Shown: positions 1 to 8,657 of the stretch, one piece after another | Layout: every line of letters begins with the position of its first letter | Numbering within the stretch: the stretch's first letter is position 1 | Source of the DNA: an uncultured Collinsella sp. | GTDB lineage: Bacteria > Actinomycetota > Coriobacteriia > Coriobacteriales > Coriobacteriaceae | Direction: 5' to 3' | NCBI GenBank assembly: GCA_958437495.1 | Contig: CAUBOH010000007.1 | Span: forward strand, 12,293-76,292 | DNA: 64,000 bases | Translations under genes and position numbers: made by a program | The notes under the pieces: generated by a model | The model's input: only the letters and a program-made list of their open reading frames with translations | What the model was told of the DNA's origin: nothing | The model's database searches: none

Positions 1-1615
1 CTTCCAGCATCTGCTTGGCGTGCGCCAGGCTCGCCTCCGACTGATCGCCGCTGAGCATGCGGGCAATCTCGGCGGTGCGAGCCTCGCCGGTCACTTCGTC
101 CAAATGCGTCTGAGGAACGTCGCCGGGCTCTTTACTGACCACGTAATGCTTGTCGGCCATGACCGCAACCTGCGCAAGGTGCGTTACGACGATGACCTGA
201 TGCGTGGCAGCAAGATCGGCCAGCACGCCAGCAAGAGCACGAGCCGTGGAGCCGCCAACACCCGCATCGACCTCGTCAAATACCAACGTTTCGACGCCGT
301 CCGCATTACCCAAGACTACCTTGCTCGCAAGCATGACGCGGCTGAGCTCACCGCCCGAGGCGATGCGGCGCAAAGGACGCGGCGTCAATCCGGCGCCGCT
401 GCGATACAAAAGCTCATAGCTCGAAGGGCCCGCCGGCGTCCACTCGGCACGCGGAAGATCACGCGATTCCCAGACGAGTTCGGCGCCGCCCATTTCCAGG
501 CGTGCCATCTGACGGCCAACCTCGTGACAAAAACGCGGGGCTGCCGTATTGCGTTCACGCTTAAGCGCCTTGGCGGCGGCGAACAGTTCGCGCTCCGCCG
601 CGCCGAGTGCCTCGCGTGCCTTCCTAATCTGCTCGTCACCATCGTCCACCAGCGATAACAACTCCCGCGAGCGGTCACGCATGGCAAATACATCGTCCAT
701 GGTGGGACCCCACTGCCGCAGAAGTCCCTTAAGGTCGGAATACCGCTCGCGCATGCGAGCGAGCTCGCGAGGATCGAACGCAACGCCATCGCGATAAGCA
801 CGCAGCTCGTTGGCGCAATCCTCGAGTGAGATACAGGCGTCCGAAAGTGCGTCGGCGATGTCACCCAGCTTGCGATCGACGGTCGCCATGCGCGACAGTT
901 CTGCCACGGCGCCGTTCACGGCATCGAGCGCTCCCCCTTCGGCAGCAAGGGAGGCATGGGCATCGTTGGCCGTCGCCACCAGCACCTCGGCATGCTCGGA
1001 GCGCGGCAGCAACTCCTCGAGCTCCTCATACTCACCCGGCTTGGGGTCGACCTCGGCGATACGCTCCAGAGCGAAGCGCGCCTCCTCGACGCGACTCCCC
1101 TGCGCACGCGACGCCTCCTCTACGCGACGGACCTCCTTGGCAGCCGCACGCGACGCCTTAAAGCAGGCACGGTACTTTTCCAGCGCCTCGAGCGCAGAGC
1201 GACCAGCCCAGGCATCGACCATGGCAACATGATGTGCCGGATCGAGCAGGCGCTGATGTTCATGCTGGCCGCACAGATCCATCATCACGCCGACGCGCTC
1301 GGAAAGCTCGCGCACGCTGGCAATGCGACCATCAATCTTGACGCGGCTGCGGCCCTCGGCAGAAAGGCTGCGCCGCACGGTGAAGCCCTCCGTGTCGTGC
1401 GGGCCATCGAACAAGCGCGCCTCGACGCTCGCAAGCGCCTCGCCCTCGCGCACGGTCGAAGAATCTGCGCGTTCGCCCAAGATGAGCTTAAGCGCCGAGA
1501 GCAGCGCAGTCTTACCGGCTCCAGTCTCACCGGTCAGGACAGTTAGGCCCGCGCTAGGCACCAGCGTCGCCTCGCGAATGAGTGCAATGTTTGAAACCTG
1601 CAGCTCATCGATCAT
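1..1615 (-). CDS. recN: DNA repair protein RecN, 5' part (3' end lies beyond the left window edge)
   Basis: Absent from the ORF track because it runs off the edge. Manual translation from ATG 1615-1613 gives MIDELQVSNIALIREATLVPSAGLTVLTGETGAGKTALL, a RecN N-terminus with Walker A. The start overlaps the nadK stop by 11 nt. Confidence 0.85.
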   Translation of the reverse strand, partial: MIDELQVSNIALIREATLVPSAGLTVLTGETGAGKTALLSALKLILGERADSSTVREGEALASVEARLFDGPHDTEGFTVRRSLSAEGRSRVKIDGRIASVRELSERVGVMMDLCGQHEHQRLLDPAHHVAMVDAWAGRSALEALEKYRACFKASRAAAKEVRRVEEASRAQGSRVEEARFALERIAEVDPKPGEYEELEELLPRSEHAEVLVATANDAHASLAAEGGALDAVNGAVAELSRMATVDRKLGDIADALSDACISLEDCANELRAYRDGVAFDPRELARMRERYSDLKGLLRQWGPTMDDVFAMRDRSRELLSLVDDGDEQIRKAREALGAAERELFAAAKALKRERNTAAPRFCHEVGRQMARLEMGGAELVWESRDLPRAEWTPAGPSSYELLYRSGAGLTPRPLRRIASGGELSRVMLASKVVLGNADGVETLVFDEVDAGVGGSTARALAGVLADLAATHQVIVVTHLAQVAVMADKHYVVSKEPGDVPQTHLDEVTGEARTAEIARMLSGDQSEASLAHAKQMLE

Positions 1616-2465
1616 GGCGAACTCCGTAGAACACGCGGCTTACCGAGTTGTAGAAGCTCTCGGGACCATAGTCGAGCAGCAGCACATCGCCGGGACCGCG
1701 ACGCACGGCCACACTCTCGACGGTGCCGTCGCAGGTAATAAACTGCCCGTCGATAGCAATAGCCGGTACACTCGGGCGGTCATCGGACATAAAAATCTGG
1801 ACGACATCGCTCGGCGAGGTCAAAAAGGCACGGGCCTGAATCGTATGCGGCGCGATCGGCACGCAGACCATGCCCGTGTAATCCGGGCTCACGATAGGAC
1901 CGCCGGCACTGAGGGCATAGCCCGTGGAGCCGGTTGCCGTGGACACGACCACACCATCGCCGCGCAAGCGATCGATATGGTGGCCCGACACGGTAATGTC
2001 GAACTCGACCATATCGGACAGAGGCCCACGCGTGAGCGCCATGTCGTTGAGGGCGAACGAACGCACGACATCCTTTGTGCCGTCCTCACGCACGGAAACG
2101 ATGTCTGCGGCAATCGTAGCGCGACGGCTCACGTGGAGCTCACCGGACAGGGCATCGCTCACAACCTGCAAAATGTCGCGCTCCTCGGGACTCGCTGCGG
2201 TCAAAAAACCCAGATGGCCATAGGAAAGACCAAGAATGGGAATCTCGCGATAGTTGAGGATGCGGGCAGCCCGCAAAAGCGTGCCGTCGCCGCCGAGTGT
2301 GATGACCAAGTCGGCATCGTCGACATCGGGCGTGCTCTGAATCTTCGAACGCTGATCGGCCGCCCATGCGACCTCGTAGCCCTGGCGCGTCAGCCAGAGC
2401 TCGAGCATCAGGCCGCTCTCGACCGCCTCTTGCTTGTAGTAATTGGGAACCAGAAAGACCTTCAT
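1605..2465 (-). CDS. nadK: NAD(+) kinase
   Basis: 286-aa ORF with the GGDGT motif (VITLGGDGTLLRAA). ATGA overlap with the tlyA stop. Confidence 0.9.
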   Translation of the reverse strand: MKVFLVPNYYKQEAVESGLMLELWLTRQGYEVAWAADQRSKIQSTPDVDDADLVITLGGDGTLLRAARILNYREIPILGLSYGHLGFLTAASPEERDILQVVSDALSGELHVSRRATIAADIVSVREDGTKDVVRSFALNDMALTRGPLSDMVEFDITVSGHHIDRLRGDGVVVSTATGSTGYALSAGGPIVSPDYTGMVCVPIAPHTIQARAFLTSPSDVVQIFMSDDRPSVPAIAIDGQFITCDGTVESVAVRRGPGDVLLLDYGPESFYNSVSRVFYGVRHDR

Positions 2466-3274
2466 AGCGTTGCTGCTTTCTCGCTCAAAGCCGATACCTG
2501 GGATTGCAACATGTCATCGGAGAGCTCGCCGGGGGCAAGTCTCGTGCCGTACAAGAAAAACTCCACGTTACCCTTGGCGCCATGGATAGGCGACACGCAC
2601 ACGTCCACCGGGAACAAGCCCTTTGCGGCGAACAGCTCGATGACCGCAACGAGCGTGTCGACACGCACGGCGGGGTCGGTCACGATACCGCCCTCGCCCA
2701 CCAACGCCGCCGGAGCCTCAAACTGCGGCTTTACCAGCGTACAAAACGAACCCACAGGCGTCAGGCACACCAACACCGCATCGATGATGTTCGCGACGCT
2801 GGTAAACGAAACGTCGCACACGGCCAGGTCGATAGCGCTCTCATAGCCAAGCTCGGGCAGCTGCGTCACGTTGGTGCGCTCGTGCAGCGTCACGCGATCG
2901 TCCTGACGCAACGACCAATCAAACTGGGCACGCCCCACGTCAACCGAGACGACAGTCGCGGCACCGCGCTTAAGCAGACAATCGGTAAAACCACCGGTAG
3001 AACACCCAACATCCAGGCAGGCAAGGCCCGTCGGGTCGATATCAAACGCATCGAGCGCGCCCTCGAGCTTAAGGCCGCCGCGCCCAACATACGGGATGCG
3101 ACCCTTCACGTGCAGCGGCAGGCCCGGGGCAACCTTAAGCCCCGGCGAGGTCAAGCGCTCGCCACCGCTCGAGACCAAGCCGGCCATAAGAGTGCGAAGG
3201 GCATCCGCGCGATCGGCGCAGATGCCCTGTGAAATCAGTTCGTCATCAAGACGCACGCGTTTCATGAATGCCAT
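2462..3274 (-). CDS. tlyA: TlyA-family rRNA (cytidine-2'-O)-methyltransferase
   Basis: S4-like N-terminus plus an FtsJ-type SAM motif (LDVGCSTGGFTD). The ORF-track first codon at 3277 is TTG. The first ATG at 3274 overlaps the xseB stop (TGATG). Confidence 0.85.
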   Translation of the reverse strand: MAFMKRVRLDDELISQGICADRADALRTLMAGLVSSGGERLTSPGLKVAPGLPLHVKGRIPYVGRGGLKLEGALDAFDIDPTGLACLDVGCSTGGFTDCLLKRGAATVVSVDVGRAQFDWSLRQDDRVTLHERTNVTQLPELGYESAIDLAVCDVSFTSVANIIDAVLVCLTPVGSFCTLVKPQFEAPAALVGEGGIVTDPAVRVDTLVAVIELFAAKGLFPVDVCVSPIHGAKGNVEFFLYGTRLAPGELSDDMLQSQVSALSEKAATL

Positions 3275-3540
3275 CAACCATTCGTATCCGGAGATGCAGC
3301 CTGACCATCATGTGATTCGCTTGCCGCATCCTCATCGTATTCTTGCTCGAGCTTATCGGCCTCACGCGGCGTCAGCTCAAACTTGTCGACCATATCGACC
3401 GCGCGAGACCCGAGCTCAATCGCCTCGTCAAACAGATCGAGCGAACGCTCCAAGGACGTATCCTTGGAGCGAACGGTAGCGATAATCTGGTCCAAGCGGT
3501 CCGAGATTTCGTCGAAGTTGCGGACGGAACCCTCTGGCAT
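3274..3540 (-). CDS. xseB: Exodeoxyribonuclease VII small subunit
   Basis: 88 aa with the typical XseB helical pattern (FDEISDRLDQIIATV...LERSLDLFDEAIELG). Confidence 0.85.
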   Translation of the reverse strand: MPEGSVRNFDEISDRLDQIIATVRSKDTSLERSLDLFDEAIELGSRAVDMVDKFELTPREADKLEQEYDEDAASESHDGQAASPDTNG

Positions 3541-3542
3541 GG

Positions 3543-4136
3543 CTACTCCTCGACGGAGTCGGTGTCGGCCTCGTCGAACTCTGCAGCATCAGCATCCTCG
3601 GCCAGCACGCCTGCGGCAGCCTGAGCGGCGGCAACCTTGGCGGCCGCCTCGGCAGCCTGGGCCTCCTCGCGGGCGCGGTCCTCGGCCAGCAGCTCCTGGT
3701 ACAGGTCCTCGCCCGGCAGTTCCTCGCTGCGAGCGATCTTGCCCAGCACGCCGTTAACGAACTTGGCAGATTGATCGGTACCGTAGGCCTTGGCGATCTC
3801 GACGGCCTCGTTGATGACGATGGCGTCCGAGACCTCCTCGTCAGTGAGGAAGCGCATCTCGTAGACGGCGATGCGCAGGAGGTTGCGGTCGGCACCGGGC
3901 ATGCGCATAAGATCCCAGTTCTTGGCGACGGCGCGCAGGGCGCAGTCGATACGATCGATATGCTCGTAGGCACCGCGACAAAGCTCCAGCGCATAGGGGT
4001 CGAGGGGACCCTTCGAGATCAGGAAATCGCCCTCGAGGACGCGCTCGAGCGGGCTGTCCGTGGCCTCGGCCTGGAACAGCAGCTGCAGCGCCTGACTGCG
4101 GGCAAGCGTGCGCCCGCGATAAACCTTAAGGCTCAA
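3543..4136 (-). CDS. nusB: Transcription antitermination factor NusB with an acidic/Ala-rich C-terminal extension
   Basis: NusB core (ARSQALQLLFQAE...NLLRIAVYEM...VINEAVEIAKAYG...FVNGVLGKIA). TTG start sits 6 nt after AAGGAG. About 60 extra C-terminal residues are rich in A/E/D. Confidence 0.85.
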   Translation of the reverse strand: MSLKVYRGRTLARSQALQLLFQAEATDSPLERVLEGDFLISKGPLDPYALELCRGAYEHIDRIDCALRAVAKNWDLMRMPGADRNLLRIAVYEMRFLTDEEVSDAIVINEAVEIAKAYGTDQSAKFVNGVLGKIARSEELPGEDLYQELLAEDRAREEAQAAEAAAKVAAAQAAAGVLAEDADAAEFDEADTDSVEE

Positions 4137-4139
4137 AGG

Positions 4140-4502
4140 TTACTCCTTGGGGAAAACGAGGCCGTCGATGCAAACGTCAACGCGCTCGACCTCGACACCC
4201 ACCTGGGCATCGATGGCTGCGACCACGGCGGCGCGAACGGCCTCGGCGAGTTTCTTGAACGGATAGCCAAAGAACACCACGACGCGCACGGTGAGCGCAA
4301 GCTTGTCGCCGATGACCTCGGCCTCGACCGCCGGCTCGGAAGCCGGGGCCTTGGACGAGAACATCATGGAGACAAGATTAGTGGCAAGGTCCTTGACGCC
4401 AACGGAGGCGATGCCCTCGACATCGGACACGGCGCGCGAGACGATGGCGGTCAGAACATCGGGCGAAATACCGATGCCGTCAATCTTGATTTCCTGGGGC
4501 AT
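4140..4502 (-). CDS. Asp23/Gls24-family envelope stress protein
   Basis: 120 aa of Asp23 type (ISPDVLTAIVSRAVSDVEGIASV). AGGAGG precedes the ATG. Conserved position upstream of nusB. Confidence 0.85.
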   Translation of the reverse strand: MPQEIKIDGIGISPDVLTAIVSRAVSDVEGIASVGVKDLATNLVSMMFSSKAPASEPAVEAEVIGDKLALTVRVVVFFGYPFKKLAEAVRAAVVAAIDAQVGVEVERVDVCIDGLVFPKE

Positions 4503-4526
4503 GAGTCCTCCTAGTGAAGTTGGTTG

Positions 4527-5090
4527 CTAGACGCGGGAGACGAACTTGCCGTCGCGGGTGTCAACCTTGATGACCTCGCCCTCGTTGAGGTACATGGGAA
4601 CCTGGATAACAGCGCCGGTGTCGATGGTAGCCGGCTTGGTGGTACCCTGGACGGTATCGCCCTTAAAGCCCGGGTCGGTCTGGACGATGGTGGTCTCGAT
4701 GAACATCGGCGGGGTAACGCCCATGAGCTCGTCGTCGGCGAAGAGCAGCTGGCAGGTGTCATTCTCGCGCAGCCACTTGGAGTTCTCGCCCACCATGTCC
4801 TCGGGAACGGGAACCTGCTCGTAAGACTCGTTGTCCATGAAGATGTAGTCGGCGCCGTCGTTGTAGAGGTACTGGAACTCACGGGTGGTGAGCATGACGC
4901 TCTCGAACTTGGTACCGGCGTTGCAGGTGTTCTCGACGACACGACCGCTCTTGATATCGCGGGTCTTGTAGCGCACAAAAGCACCGCCCTTGCCCGGCTT
5001 GACGTGCTGGAACTCGACGATGGTGTAGACCTTGTCCTTAATGCGGAGACCGAGGCCGTTCTTGAAGTCGGCGGTAGAAATGGTAGGCAT
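4527..5090 (-). CDS. efp: Elongation factor P
   Basis: 187 aa: MPTISTADFKNGLGLRIKDKVYTIVEFQHVKPGKGGAFVRYKTRD is a canonical EF-P N-terminus. Confidence 0.95.
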   Translation of the reverse strand: MPTISTADFKNGLGLRIKDKVYTIVEFQHVKPGKGGAFVRYKTRDIKSGRVVENTCNAGTKFESVMLTTREFQYLYNDGADYIFMDNESYEQVPVPEDMVGENSKWLRENDTCQLLFADDELMGVTPPMFIETTIVQTDPGFKGDTVQGTTKPATIDTGAVIQVPMYLNEGEVIKVDTRDGKFVSRV

Positions 5091-5195
5091 AGCGACCTTT
5101 CTTCTTATGGGCAGAACGCACAGGCGTCCAAATTACATACGACAGAAATTATACACTTGCAGACGGCTGCTGCAGCGAGCGCATAAAAAGAGAAC

Positions 5196-5227
5196 GCGGG
5201 GCGCCCGAATTGCTACGGACGCCCCGC
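5196..5227 (-). terminator. Putative intrinsic terminator after the M24 peptidase gene
   Basis: 8-bp GC stem GCGGGGCG/CGCCCCGC with a 16-nt loop, followed on the minus strand by GTTCTCTTTTT. Confidence 0.45.
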
Positions 5228-5249
5228 CCCAAAAATCTATCGAAATGGG

Positions 5250-6380
5250 CTAACAGTCGATGACGTGCAGGTCGTGCGAGGTCTTGGTGAAAGGCTCGTA
5301 GCCGTTCTCGGTGACCACGCCGTAGTCCTCCAGGCGCACGCCGCCCACGCCGGGCAGGTACACGCCAGGCTCCATGGTGATAACCGAGCCGACCTCGATG
5401 ATGTTCTTGCTGCGGTTGAAGTTGGGCAACTCGTGGATGTCGATGCCCACGCCGTGGCCCAGACCATGGTTGTAGTAATCGCCATAGCCGGCATCGCCAA
5501 TGATCTTCTTGGAAAGCTTGAAAATGTCGTTGCCCTCGACGCCCGGATGGATGGCGGCGACGCACTCCTCGTGCGTACGGCGCACGAGCGCGTACAGGTC
5601 AAGCTGCTCCTGGGTGGGCTCGCCCATCACGACGGTGCGCGTCATGTCAGAACGATAATCGCAGTAGCCCGCACCGTAATCCATGAGGACGAAGTCGCCC
5701 TTCTCGATCACGCGGTCGCTCGGCACGGCGTGCGGGTTGGCGGTGTTGGGACCGCTCGCCACGATGGAGCCAAAGGCCAAGCTGTCGGCGCCGTTGGCGA
5801 ACATAAAGTTCTCGAGCTCGTTGCGAACCTGCTTCTCGGTCATGCCGGGCTTAATAAAGCCGAGCATGTGCTGGAAGGCGGCGTCGGTGATCGACTGCGC
5901 ATGGCGCATGAGCTCGATCTCCTCGGCGTCCTTGATGGCGCGCATCTTACGGATGTCGTCATGCATCAGCGGCAGCATGCAGGCAACGGAGCGGTCCTCC
6001 AGACCACGCTGAATACCCTGGTAAAAGCTAATCTGCATGTCATCCTCGACAGCGCAGACGCGGCACTTGTTGGCCGCGATCTTGCCGGCGACCCAGCCGG
6101 GAATGGTGCCCTCGTCCATGTCGTAGACCCAGGGGCTGCAGGCGGGCGCGTTCTCCTCAAAGCTGTTGAGGTAGCGCGAGTCGGTGTGGAACAGGCACTG
6201 GTCAGCCGTAATAAACGCGGCGTGCGGGAACTCGAAGGTGTAGTCGAAGACGCCCTTCACGCCCGTGAGCCAACGAAGGTTGGCCTCGTCGCGCACCACG
6301 ATGGCATCGTAGCCACGCTCGACCATCAGGGCACGGACGCGCTCGATACGACCGGCAGGACCAGCAGCAAACTCAGACAT
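5250..6380 (-). CDS. M24-family Xaa-Pro aminopeptidase/dipeptidase
   Basis: 376 aa with the creatinase/prolidase N-domain and M24 metal-ligand pattern ([16 protein letters not shown]...[13 protein letters not shown]...EPGVY). Conserved pepQ-efp neighbourhood. Confidence 0.85.
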   Translation of the reverse strand: MSEFAAGPAGRIERVRALMVERGYDAIVVRDEANLRWLTGVKGVFDYTFEFPHAAFITADQCLFHTDSRYLNSFEENAPACSPWVYDMDEGTIPGWVAGKIAANKCRVCAVEDDMQISFYQGIQRGLEDRSVACMLPLMHDDIRKMRAIKDAEEIELMRHAQSITDAAFQHMLGFIKPGMTEKQVRNELENFMFANGADSLAFGSIVASGPNTANPHAVPSDRVIEKGDFVLMDYGAGYCDYRSDMTRTVVMGEPTQEQLDLYALVRRTHEECVAAIHPGVEGNDIFKLSKKIIGDAGYGDYYNHGLGHGVGIDIHELPNFNRSKNIIEVGSVITMEPGVYLPGVGGVRLEDYGVVTENGYEPFTKTSHDLHVIDC

Positions 6381-6509
6381 GCAGTTTCCTTTCTTAATGT
6401 CCTCAATAAAAGCGGGACGGGCTCAATCGGCGCATGGAACCGCGAACGATTCACAACCGATAAAACCCGTCCCCCAACATGATACGAAAGACGATGGATG
6501 TCAATAAAC

Positions 6510-7619
6510 TTAGAGAAGTTCCTTGCGAGAAGCCAAATAGGCTGTCGCATGGCGCTCGAGGACATCGTCGTCCACGGCGTTAAGACGAATGGCGCCAAGT
6601 GCCGCGGGCAGCGGCAGCATCGTGCGATTGGAGCGCGCGAACTGCTGCCTGCGGAACTCCGCAATAAAGGCCGCCGGTTCAAGGTCGAAGGCGAGCTCCT
6701 CGATTCCAAAGTCCTCCAGGCAATCATCGACCTCAAACACATAGTCGATATCGAAGTCGCAGGCATCGTGGGCCAGGCGCGTCTCAAAGCGCATGCCCTC
6801 GGACAACAGCTGGTAGGCAGGGACCTGCGCCGCGGCATTGCCCAGGCAGGCGCGCAGCGTACGCTCCCCTGTCTTGCCAAAATCGAGCGCATGGCGAGCG
6901 CTCGGGTTCGTGGCCATAAGCACGTCCTTACGGGCGGTCTGGGACCACTGCACGGCATTGACGAGTGCAACTTCCTCGCCGGCAAGAATCTCGGGGACCG
7001 TCTCGGAGAACTGGTTCCAGCGCGACTTGCTGCTCGAGAGCATAGTGCCCACGAGCACCGCATAGCCAAGCTTAAGGTCCTCGGGGCCGGCCTCGCGAAC
7101 AAGGTCCAGATTGCACACGACCAGACCGGGCTCGGGGCGCACCGCGATGGCGGGCAGCGCGTGGTCGCCCGAAGCGACGAGCGGCTCCATCGTCGTGGCG
7201 ACCGTGAGCATAGCGTCGAATGTCGTCGGCAACAGTGCGCACTCGGTACGACCGCACCACTGGTTGGCGCACCAGCAAACAACCGAGCAGGTTGCGGCAT
7301 CGCCAACGGAAACAACCAGGTCATCGCAGGTAATACCGTTAGCCGACAGCGCGCCAAAGACGACATCGGCATCGGACAGGGTGGCGCCATCGGGCGAAAC
7401 CTCAAGCAAAAGCTGCGACACGGCAAAGCCGGCATCGACCAGCGCATGATCGACGACCTCACCAAAGCGCTCGGACACGGCTGCATTCCAAACAACCATC
7501 GCTCGCTTGGGCTTGCCCACAGCCGAGGCAAACATGCGCGACAGTTCCTCAAACGCGCCAAGCCCGACACGAACATCGACACTGCGGTTTTGGAAATTGA
7601 TGAGTTGACGGCGAATCAT
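6510..7619 (-). CDS. 3-dehydroquinate synthase-like protein, apparently degenerate in cofactor and metal motifs
   Basis: DHQS length and synteny (downstream of aroK, ATGA overlap at 7616-7619), and a retained LLPTTFDAM motif. The NAD loop and Glu/His/His ligand positions look substituted; see finding. Start re-set from 7652 to ATG 7619. Confidence 0.7.
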   Translation of the reverse strand: MIRRQLINFQNRSVDVRVGLGAFEELSRMFASAVGKPKRAMVVWNAAVSERFGEVVDHALVDAGFAVSQLLLEVSPDGATLSDADVVFGALSANGITCDDLVVSVGDAATCSVVCWCANQWCGRTECALLPTTFDAMLTVATTMEPLVASGDHALPAIAVRPEPGLVVCNLDLVREAGPEDLKLGYAVLVGTMLSSSKSRWNQFSETVPEILAGEEVALVNAVQWSQTARKDVLMATNPSARHALDFGKTGERTLRACLGNAAAQVPAYQLLSEGMRFETRLAHDACDFDIDYVFEVDDCLEDFGIEELAFDLEPAAFIAEFRRQQFARSNRTMLPLPAALGAIRLNAVDDDVLERHATAYLASRKELL

Positions 7620-8149
7620 AGCAATCCACGCTCCAAAAGCATCTCGGCACAAAGGTACGAAACATCCTCAAAGGACTTATTGCGGATATCGAGGGTAAGA
7701 TCGGCCGCTTGGCGATACAGCGGACGGCGATGCTCAAAAAGCAGCGCCGCGTGCTCGGGTGAACGGAAATCAGGTCGGGTATCGGACCGGCGAATCTGGC
7801 GCATCGAGTCCTCAAAGTCGCCTTCGAGGTACACACAAGTACCCATCTGGTGCATGAGTTCGATGTTTTCCGGCGTCTCGACGATGCCGCCCCCGCACGA
7901 AACCAACAGGCTGCGTTCGCTCTGAAGCGAACGAAGCGCCGAGGTCTCGAGCTCGCGGAAGCGCTCCTCGCCCTCGGTCTCAAAGATCTCGGTCACCGAC
8001 TTGCCGCAACGGCGAACCACCAGGCGGTCGGTATCGATAAACCGACGCTTGAACATGTTGCCGACGTTACGCGCGAGCGTCGATTTGCCCGCGCCCAAAA
8101 AACCGATAAAGAAGATGTGGTCGCAGCCGTGTTTGATGTGCTGGGACAT
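7616..8149 (-). CDS. aroK: Shikimate kinase
   Basis: 177 aa with Walker A (FIGFLGAGKST), DTD (FIDTDRLV) and CGGGIV motifs. Confidence 0.9.
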   Translation of the reverse strand: MSQHIKHGCDHIFFIGFLGAGKSTLARNVGNMFKRRFIDTDRLVVRRCGKSVTEIFETEGEERFRELETSALRSLQSERSLLVSCGGGIVETPENIELMHQMGTCVYLEGDFEDSMRQIRRSDTRPDFRSPEHAALLFEHRRPLYRQAADLTLDIRNKSFEDVSYLCAEMLLERGLL

Positions 8150-8157
8150 AACGAGAC

Positions 8158-8655
8158 CTATTCCTCGCAGGGAAGGTCGCGCAGGGCCCGGCGCTCAAAA
8201 ATACGGAAGATCTGCGTATACCACAGATCTTGGGTGGCTTGCGGCTTGACCAGAATGGTATCGACGCCGGCAAAGTTTCCGCTCCACACGTCGGTGTACA
8301 GCTGATCACCGATCAGTACGGCCTCGTTAGCCGTGGCACCCAGGCGCTTAAGGCCCGCTTTGAGGGCAAAGGGCGCCGGCTTCATGGCATGGCTGATAGC
8401 ATCGAGCCCCAGCTCGCGCGCCGACGCCATAACCTGGTCACGATGCCAGTTGTTGGACACCATGCATAGCTTAAAGCCCTTGGCATTGGCGGCCTCGAGC
8501 CAGGCGGAGACCGCAGCGGGTACCTGCTCGGTATCACGCGGCACCAGGGTGTTGTCGCGATCAAGCAGAATGGCGCGCTTGCCGTCGGCCCAGAGGGTAT
8601 CGAGGTCGATGCGATCGACCGAGGCAACATATCGTTTGGGGCTAAAAATCCTCAT
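8158..8655 (-). CDS. YqeG-family HAD-IIIA phosphatase
   Basis: LLDRDNTLVPRD (DxDxT) and the C-terminal GDQLYTDV motif. The ORF-track start at 8667 is TTG. The first ATG at 8655 lies 2 nt after the mltG stop. Confidence 0.75.
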   Translation of the reverse strand: MRIFSPKRYVASVDRIDLDTLWADGKRAILLDRDNTLVPRDTEQVPAAVSAWLEAANAKGFKLCMVSNNWHRDQVMASARELGLDAISHAMKPAPFALKAGLKRLGATANEAVLIGDQLYTDVWSGNFAGVDTILVKPQATQDLWYTQIFRIFERRALRDLPCEE

Positions 8656-8657
8656 GA

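Noticed and set aside
6326-7582. 418-aa minus-strand ORF overlapping the aroB-like gene in another frame
   Set aside because: The composition is Pro/Arg/Ser/Ala/Cys-rich, typical of an off-frame reading of GC-rich coding DNA. The 6510-7619 frame has DHQS-like length, the PTT motif and an ATGA coupling to aroK.
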